This document shows positions 36,074-41,486 of a stretch of 41,486 nt of DNA, piece after piece (position 1 is the stretch's first letter; each line of letters opens with the position of its first letter). The notes beneath the pieces were generated by a model. The model was not told the origin of the DNA. It made no database searches and saw nothing but the letters and a program-made list of their open reading frames with translations. This DNA comes from Nanobdellota archaeon (GTDB lineage: Archaea; Nanobdellota; Nanobdellia; Woesearchaeales; DSVV01): the NCBI GenBank assembly GCA_051819785.1, contig JBNJGV010000003.1:1-41486 (forward strand), read 5' to 3'. Made by a program: the position numbers and the translations under genes.

Positions 36074-36515
36074 CAATTCTTTTGTTCATAATAATATTCT
36101 TGTCAACAACTTCTAAATCTGAAGCTTTCAAGCTGAAAGGTTTTGTAAAAATATTTTTTTTTACCAAAATTTCAGTTATTTCATTCTCAAAAGAAGGCCT
36201 TTTTATTTCCGTTACCTTTCCCAATCTTTTACCATCGGTGTCAAAAACAATCTTGCCCTTAAGATTAGTTACAGGGTCTATTTTAAGCATAAGAGATTCG
36301 CCGCTGAAAGCATCAACATAATCCATGGACACAAAATATTTCTTAAAGATTGAAGAAATATAAAAACCCAACACCCTTTTTCTTGTAAATCCTGCATCTT
36401 TTACTCTGCCTATTACAAGACCATTATGTGTTAATACTTTTTTCCCAAGGACATCTTTTAATTTATGATGATCAATTAAACCATCTTTACTGAAAACAAC
36501 CATATTCCTTGCCAT
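36054..36515 (-). CDS. tandem double PRC-barrel protein (paralog)
   Basis: VLGKKVLTHNGLVIGRVKDAGF...VLGFYIS and LKGKIVFDTDGKRLGKVTEIKR form two PRC-barrel-like halves. Confidence 0.65.
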   Translation of the reverse strand: MARNMVVFSKDGLIDHHKLKDVLGKKVLTHNGLVIGRVKDAGFTRKRVLGFYISSIFKKYFVSMDYVDAFSGESLMLKIDPVTNLKGKIVFDTDGKRLGKVTEIKRPSFENEITEILVKKNIFTKPFSLKASDLEVVDKNIIMNKRIDDGKQN

Positions 36516-36549
36516 ATTTATATTCCTCTTATAAGCTTATATTTAAATC

Positions 36550-37161
36550 TTAATCCAAAAATAAAAAATGCAGACCCATCAATGCAAAAAATTTAACTAA
36601 CTGTCCGCCAAGTACTAAGACAAGCAGCCTTATTTTATTATACCTAAAGACCCCTAATATAAAAGTTACCTGTTGAGAAGGTAAAAAAGGGATACCATTA
36701 GCAATAAAGATTGCTAAACTTCCAAATTTGTTTATATATGACTTTATACTATAAAACTTCTTTGCAGAAATCAGCTTTTTTGAAATTCTTGAAAATTTCA
36801 TTCCAATAAAGTAATCCATCGAATAAGAAAAAATAATTCCTGAAAAAAAGAACAAAAAAACAAGATATTCATTGGAAACACTAAGGGCCTTTATAAAATA
36901 AGCCTCCATAGGAAAAAACAAGAAAAAAAGCCCACCAAATAAGCCAACATATAATGAACCTAAAAGCCCAAACTCTGAAAGTGAAATCCTTACATGATTG
37001 ATAAGATACATAATAAAAGTATTATTAAACACTCCAGACCCCTTGAATAAAACAAAAAAGATTGTACCAAGAAAAACAACAATTCCTAAAATTACAAGAG
37101 TTAAAATCCTGTTTATTATTTTTTTCCGGGAGTCCAATTCATAAATAAGTGATTTCTCCAT
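36550..37161 (-). CDS. DedA/VTT (SNARE-associated)-family membrane protein
   Basis: FLFFPMEAYF, YSMDYFIGMKFS, INKFGSLAIFIANGIPFLPSQQVTFILGVFRY and 5-6 TMs. A TATA-like ctatataaattt lies about 22 nt upstream. The ATG may be 37167 or 37161. Confidence 0.6.
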   Translation of the reverse strand: MEKSLIYELDSRKKIINRILTLVILGIVVFLGTIFFVLFKGSGVFNNTFIMYLINHVRISLSEFGLLGSLYVGLFGGLFFLFFPMEAYFIKALSVSNEYLVFLFFFSGIIFSYSMDYFIGMKFSRISKKLISAKKFYSIKSYINKFGSLAIFIANGIPFLPSQQVTFILGVFRYNKIRLLVLVLGGQLVKFFALMGLHFLFLD

Positions 37162-37255
37162 AAACATTCTCTTGGAAAAGGAAATTTATATAGTTTTGCA
37201 ATAAATAATTTGCATTAAAAACAAATAATAATCTAAGAAAAAGAGTAATTTAAAA

Positions 37256-37537
37256 TCAGTCGAGATCTATAAAATCATTTGAGTTTTCCTTTGAGCCAAG
37301 ATTTTCAGAAAGCTCTTCATTATTCTTATTTATATCAGAGACAATCTCGTTAAATTGTGAATAATTTCGAGAATGTCTCAAATAAGTATCTTCAGCTTTC
37401 TGTAAAAGAGCTAATTTAGTTGAATGAGAAACATCCATATCCTGTATTTTTTGAAGAGTTAATCTAATACTGTTTTTAAAATTCTCGCTACACTCGTAAT
37501 TTTCTTCCATCCTATTAATGAATTCTTCAATGTCCAT
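37256..37537 (-). CDS. small acidic helical hypothetical protein (93 aa)
   Basis: The first ATG is at 37537 (37546 is TTG), 38 nt downstream of the CheC-like stop. No recognised motifs. Confidence 0.45.
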   Translation of the reverse strand: MDIEEFINRMEENYECSENFKNSIRLTLQKIQDMDVSHSTKLALLQKAEDTYLRHSRNYSQFNEIVSDINKNNEELSENLGSKENSNDFIDLD

Positions 37538-37575
37538 TTTGAACAACTAATACATAAAAATAAATTTTTAGACGC

Positions 37576-38241
37576 TCAAGAGCCTGTCTTTGAATTCAAA
37601 ACATTAATTATTTTATCAAGAGAACTGGGTTCTAAAAGCATAATCAGCTTGCCCGTTATACCTGTCTCGTCAGAGATTATTTCAGTTTTTATCATCAAAG
37701 CCTTATGTGTATTAGCCTCTTTAAGATGCTCCCTGAACTCATATAATGAACCAAGTATATCTGAAGCAGGAATAGGCATTGAAGTAGAGATTTTAGTTTC
37801 GATTAGATTACTAAGCGCAGAAAGGTAAGCATTCAAACAAATACTCGTGAATTCTTTGAGAATTTCTTCCTTTTGCTCCAGACTAAGGTCACCCTCTGCT
37901 CCAAGACCCATATTCGATGCAATCTGGCTAATAAGACCCTTTATATGTTCATGATGAAATAAGAGTACAGAAACACCTTCTACTCCGCTTGTTGTTTTCA
38001 AAAAATACCCTTCTACATAATTTTTCGCTAAATCTCCAAATACTTTAGAAAAATCTTCAGTAAAAATAAAATCCATTATGAAATTTTCAGTAGAAATCAA
38101 TTCAATATTAGTTTTTATGTCAATGCTCTCTTCAATCATCTTGGCAAAAGCATTTGCACCATTATTTGAGAGAATGTTTCCTACTTCATTGACCATATCT
38201 GCATCAATTTCTTTGGCAATATCTTTGTTTTCCATTATCAT
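37576..38241 (-). CDS. CheC-like (CheC/CheX/FliY superfamily) protein
   Basis: Internal duplication typical of CheC: DMVNEVGNILSNNGANAFAKMI... and EEILKEFTSICLNAYLSALSNLIETKISTSMPIP. The ATG at 38241 lies 5 nt after the stop of the upstream 68-aa ORF; the track start at 38253 is TTG. Confidence 0.6.
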   Translation of the reverse strand: MIMENKDIAKEIDADMVNEVGNILSNNGANAFAKMIEESIDIKTNIELISTENFIMDFIFTEDFSKVFGDLAKNYVEGYFLKTTSGVEGVSVLLFHHEHIKGLISQIASNMGLGAEGDLSLEQKEEILKEFTSICLNAYLSALSNLIETKISTSMPIPASDILGSLYEFREHLKEANTHKALMIKTEIISDETGITGKLIMLLEPSSLDKIINVLNSKTGS

Positions 38242-38246
38242 CAAGC

Positions 38247-38453
38247 TCAACAATACTTTTGAAATAAATCCTTTAGTTCTTCTCTAGCCCTCTCTTCACC
38301 CATCAAGGTGGATAGGAAATCAACACATTTATCTAGAAAACCTTTCGGATCTGTGTTAGGGTCAATTTCTTTACTAAAATCGTCTATTTTGGCTGCGCTA
38401 TAAACCCCAAACTTGGATTTTACCTTGTTTTTTACTTCATCAAATAAAACCAT
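38247..38453 (-). CDS. small hypothetical protein (68 aa), first gene of the CheC-like operon
   Basis: ATG at 38453, with a TATA-like actttataaatg about 40 nt upstream. Tightly coupled to the CheC-like gene. No recognised motifs. Confidence 0.45.
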   Translation of the reverse strand: MVLFDEVKNKVKSKFGVYSAAKIDDFSKEIDPNTDPKGFLDKCVDFLSTLMGEERAREELKDLFQKYC

Positions 38454-38510
38454 CAAACATCCACCTTCATTTTTTACTCACGTGTTCATTTATAAAGTTT
38501 TTGAAAAAAT

Positions 38511-38825
38511 AAGGGTAACTGTAAGCCGCCTTCTGTTCTGGTCCCTTCTTAAAAAAGGAAGACCATGTTGGCATTCTACTAAGCGTCTTAGACTTGCACA
38601 GGCGAAGGGCTCACCGTTTCATCCATTCTTACAGAGACGTCAACAGGTTAACTTATTGTTGTCACCAACAACGTCGCATGTATCATCCCATAATCTGCAA
38701 GAGGTCCCGTTTCTGTGTGGTTGCCATCCTATTAGGGATCTGCGTAAAGCAGTTGCCACCTAAATACATAGGCATACTGTGGGCGGACTTTCCTCACATA
38801 AAGCGAAAGCCAACCAGTTACCCTT
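38511..38825 (-). ncRNA. rnpB: RNase P RNA (archaeal type A-like)
   Basis: The minus strand reads 5'-AAGGGUAACU...GUGAGGAAAGUCCGCCCAC (CR-I, 38779-38797)...UGAAACGGUG...ACAGAAGGCGGCUUAC (CR-V, 38521-38536) AGUUACCCUU-3'. The 10-nt ends pair perfectly as P1. The region is GC-enriched relative to its flanks. A TATA box lies upstream and a U-run follows the 3' end. Confidence 0.92.
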
Positions 38826-38840
38826 AAGAAAAGGCAAAAC

Positions 38841-38858
38841 AATATATTTATAAATTTT
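38841..38858 (-). promoter_or_regulatory. BRE/TATA promoter of the RNase P RNA gene
   Basis: The minus strand reads aaaatttataaatatatt, centred about 24 nt upstream of the predicted P1 5' end (about 38825). Confidence 0.6.
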
Positions 38859-39008
38859 AAGGAAAAAACCATTCGAGCCAAATATTTACCAACATTTGCA
38901 CATCTTACCTTTGACTAATATTTATCATCCCAAAAAAAGCCTATGCAAAAATATAATTGGTTTTCAAATGCAAAGAAATTCTCAGATAAATACACATAAA
39001 AATCAGCA

Positions 39009-39611
39009 TTAGATAATCTTTACATCACAAGAACACATTTTTTCAAAATCCTGAGCATCTTTGGAATCCCCAATAATCCCCCCATAATGCATAGGTATTG
39101 CAACTTTTGGCTTAATTGACTTCGTTGCTAAAGCGGCCTCTGAAGGGTTCATGGTATAACTTCCTGAAACAGGTAGAAGTGCATAATCTACCTTGCCCAA
39201 AGTCTTCATCTCATCAATAAAATCAGTATCACCTGCGTGATATATCTTTTCGCCGCCAACCTCAATTATATAACCCAACCATCCATTTGTCTTAGGATGA
39301 TATTGTTTATTAATATTGTAAGAAGGGATTGCTGTAAATTCCAAGTCTTTAAAATTTTTTTTTTGCCATGGTCGTAATTTTATGAGCTCTTGCTCAAACT
39401 TTCTCGAACTTTCAAAATTAGGCGTAATAATCACAGTATCTTTTTTTGCAAGCTTCTTGATATCATTAATACTATAATGATCAAAATGAGGATGAGTTAT
39501 AAAAATAAAATCTGCTTTCTCGTCAGTTTTAACATTATATGGGTCAATAAAAATTTTAATCCTACTATCAATCAAAAATGATGAATGGTTAAGTCGAATT
39601 ATATTTGCCAT
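39009..39611 (-). CDS. metallo-beta-lactamase-fold hydrolase (UPF0173-like)
   Basis: FIFITHPHFDHY (the HxHxDH motif), YHAGDTDF and PMHYG. The ATG at 39611 lies 2 nt after the upstream stop; position 39617 is GTG. Confidence 0.75.
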   Translation of the reverse strand: MANIIRLNHSSFLIDSRIKIFIDPYNVKTDEKADFIFITHPHFDHYSINDIKKLAKKDTVIITPNFESSRKFEQELIKLRPWQKKNFKDLEFTAIPSYNINKQYHPKTNGWLGYIIEVGGEKIYHAGDTDFIDEMKTLGKVDYALLPVSGSYTMNPSEAALATKSIKPKVAIPMHYGGIIGDSKDAQDFEKMCSCDVKII

Positions 39612-39613
39612 AT

Positions 39614-40576
39614 TCACACCTGCCTTGAAACTTTACTTAATAATTCGCCTTTGGAAATTATCATTTCTTCATCTACATATATATTTGGAGAATACATTAC
39701 CCCATCCAAATGAATTGGCACATCAACAAATCCTCCAAAGCCAGTGCTTTTTCCCAAAGCTATATGACATGTACCTAAGACTTTTTCATCCTCCAGAGTG
39801 ACTCCGGTAATCTTTGCATTAGGGTTTGTACCGATTCCTAGCTCTGCAATATTATAAGCGTGTTTATCCTTAATCGATTCAAGGATTTCCCTTAATTGTT
39901 TCGTCTTTTCAGACTTACTTATCAACTCAGCAAATCCATCTTTTACATTTAGCTTGATAGGCTCATCAAGTTTCCCGACCCCTGCAAAAGATGCATCAAC
40001 GACAAGCTGCCCACTAGTTTTTCCTTCAAGGGGAGCCAAAAAAGCCTCACCTGCAGGAAGATTACCAAAACTACCTGTTTTGTTATAAATCCCAGCAGAT
40101 CTCCCATAAGCCAACCTATCACTAATATCCATCTTTAAATCAGTGCCTGCAGGTGTAGTAATCCTAACAGTACTGCCTTTATCAAGAATGTCAGCCAAAA
40201 GATTGGTATAACCAGATATTTTGTCATAATCCGCATCAACAGCCCTATTAAATATTTCAGTAGTTATCCCTGGCATTGAAACAATCCTAGCGCCATTCTC
40301 ACTGGCATTTTTCCTTGCTTGTGTATGTGTTAGTGATTTTGTAGTAATAAGGGCAATGGCATCAGCATTCATCATAATATCACTACACCAAAAGGGAGGC
40401 TCAGAACCATTTACCTCGCTTTCAGGAATTTCTAATAAATCTGATTCACAAATATATTTTCCAGCCCTATAAACCTTAGAAGCAATATCATAACGCTTCT
40501 TATCTGTTACAACCAAAAAAGAATCAGCTTTTTTGAGTCCAAGACATTTTTCTACAATTATTTTTTCAGGTTTCAT
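39614..40576 (-). CDS. M29-family (AmpS/aminopeptidase T-like) aminopeptidase
   Basis: LPAGEAFLAP, LEDEKVLGTCHIALGKS and PIHLDGVM match the M29 metal-site pattern. ATGA overlap with the upstream paralog. Confidence 0.7.
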   Translation of the reverse strand: MKPEKIIVEKCLGLKKADSFLVVTDKKRYDIASKVYRAGKYICESDLLEIPESEVNGSEPPFWCSDIMMNADAIALITTKSLTHTQARKNASENGARIVSMPGITTEIFNRAVDADYDKISGYTNLLADILDKGSTVRITTPAGTDLKMDISDRLAYGRSAGIYNKTGSFGNLPAGEAFLAPLEGKTSGQLVVDASFAGVGKLDEPIKLNVKDGFAELISKSEKTKQLREILESIKDKHAYNIAELGIGTNPNAKITGVTLEDEKVLGTCHIALGKSTGFGGFVDVPIHLDGVMYSPNIYVDEEMIISKGELLSKVSRQV

Positions 40577-41486
40577 ACCAGAAAATCACCCTCTTTCATA
40601 ATCTTTTCACCATCCACTAGGACAGTTGGCTTTTTTATAACAGCATCAACATGCACTTCTGAATTCCATGTCACACCAGTCTTATAAGGATATCCATGTC
40701 CAAAAGCGATATGTACTCCCGGAAACTTCTCATCCTGCAAAAGTCTTCCAATAAGCTCCTTGAGAAATATGTTTGTTCCGATTGCAAACTCTCCTACTCT
40801 GTTTGCATTAGAGTCTGTATTAATCCTTTCGATAAAATCCTTTTGCAGTTGCTTGTTTTTACAAACTGTTTCTACAACTTTACCATTTTTTATTTTAACA
40901 ATAAGGGGAAATCTTTGTAATAAACCATACTTTTGGGCAAAATAATCTCCAAGTACACCATCAATAACCAGCTTACCATTAACATTTACAGGAGATGTGA
41001 ACACTTCACCATTAGGTAGATTACTCCACTCTCCCTTTCTAATCTGACCATCAGCAATAACCCACTTTATCAAACCAGAAAATTCTGCAATAAGGTCGGT
41101 GCCTTTTTTTGATTTCACTTCAATATGTTGCGCGTTCTTAACTAAACCATATATTTTGTTGGAAAAAGCCTGAATTTTCTGGTAGTCCGCGTTCATCCCA
41201 CCAACCATAATTTTTTGATTTATATTAACCATATTAGCTATCCTAAGTGAAGAATCATTTACAAGGTTCAGGAGGGGCCTTCTGAACTTTTCTAGTTCTC
41301 CTTTTTTACCCTGCATAGCAATTACTCCCACATCTGACTCTTTCAGAGCATCCTTAAGAACAGAAGGTAACCTTTTAAGGGGTCTTTCGCCAAAATCTTC
41401 AGCAATAAAAAATCTTATTTTAGGAGTGATTTTCTTAGCTTCCTGCATCATGCTAACCGCTATTTCAAGGGTTTCCGAATCAGTTA
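40573..41486 (-). CDS. M29-family aminopeptidase paralog, 5'-truncated by the window edge
   Basis: LPNGEVFTSP, LQDEKFPGVHIAFGHG and EVHVDAVI. The frame stays open upstream of the ATG at 41451 to the window end (..TDSETLEIAVS). That stretch aligns with VVTDKKRYDIAS of the paralog, so the true start lies outside the window. Confidence 0.7.
   Translation of the reverse strand, partial: TDSETLEIAVSMMQEAKKITPKIRFFIAEDFGERPLKRLPSVLKDALKESDVGVIAMQGKKGELEKFRRPLLNLVNDSSLRIANMVNINQKIMVGGMNADYQKIQAFSNKIYGLVKNAQHIEVKSKKGTDLIAEFSGLIKWVIADGQIRKGEWSNLPNGEVFTSPVNVNGKLVIDGVLGDYFAQKYGLLQRFPLIVKIKNGKVVETVCKNKQLQKDFIERINTDSNANRVGEFAIGTNIFLKELIGRLLQDEKFPGVHIAFGHGYPYKTGVTWNSEVHVDAVIKKPTVLVDGEKIMKEGDFLV

Noticed and set aside
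38413-38827. Two plus-strand ORFs from the track (38413-38763, 116 aa; 38594-38827, 77 aa)
   Set aside because: They lie entirely over the minus-strand RNase P RNA gene. Their openness comes from the locally higher GC content. They have no start context and no protein-like motifs.
1-41486. CRISPR arrays, tRNA or rRNA genes, transposases or integrases, and prophage or defence islands
   Set aside because: Reading the intergenic regions showed no regularly spaced direct repeats and no cloverleaf-like GC-rich segments other than the RNase P RNA. No ORF has transposase, integrase, Cas or RT motifs. A covariance-model or repeat-finder scan would be needed to be definitive.

Overview
AT-rich, very gene-dense chromosomal segment with short intergenic gaps, many 1-4 nt start/stop overlaps and TATA-like boxes about 25 nt upstream of many ATGs. 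The content is clearly archaeal: topoisomerase VI A/B, Hef, RFC large subunit, AEP primase, NAC, Sec61-beta, Nop5, RIO kinase, an archaellin-type class III signal peptide and an archaeal-type RNase P RNA. Compact fused genes (PriS-PriL, PyrB-PyrI) suggest a small-genome DPANN-like lineage; this is inference only. I can support about 48 protein genes and one ncRNA, the RNase P RNA on the minus strand at 38511-38825, which the ORF track covers with two spurious ORFs. One real small gene, Sec61-beta at 35411-35569, falls below the ORF-track cutoff. I saw no tRNA, rRNA, CRISPR array, transposase or integrase. Most genes are housekeeping: a replication/repair cluster, ribosome biogenesis, Sec translocon and ValRS. 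Loci worth a second look, roughly in order: (1) an archaellin-like gene split into an N-terminal-helix-only ORF that overlaps a secreted Cys-rich protein with an archaellin-like C-terminus; (2) a CheC-like protein tightly coupled to two small orphan ORFs, with no chemotaxis genes nearby; (3) a truncated mini-MCM AAA+ protein next to an atypical HTH/PIN pair; (4) a GTPase / DUF2073-like / Zn-ribbon module of unknown function; (5) a cluster of single and tandem-double PRC-barrel proteins; (6) an M50-family membrane protein lacking its HExxH site; (7) a Hef nuclease with ERK changed to EFK. All family assignments come from motif reading by eye, and no searches were run.
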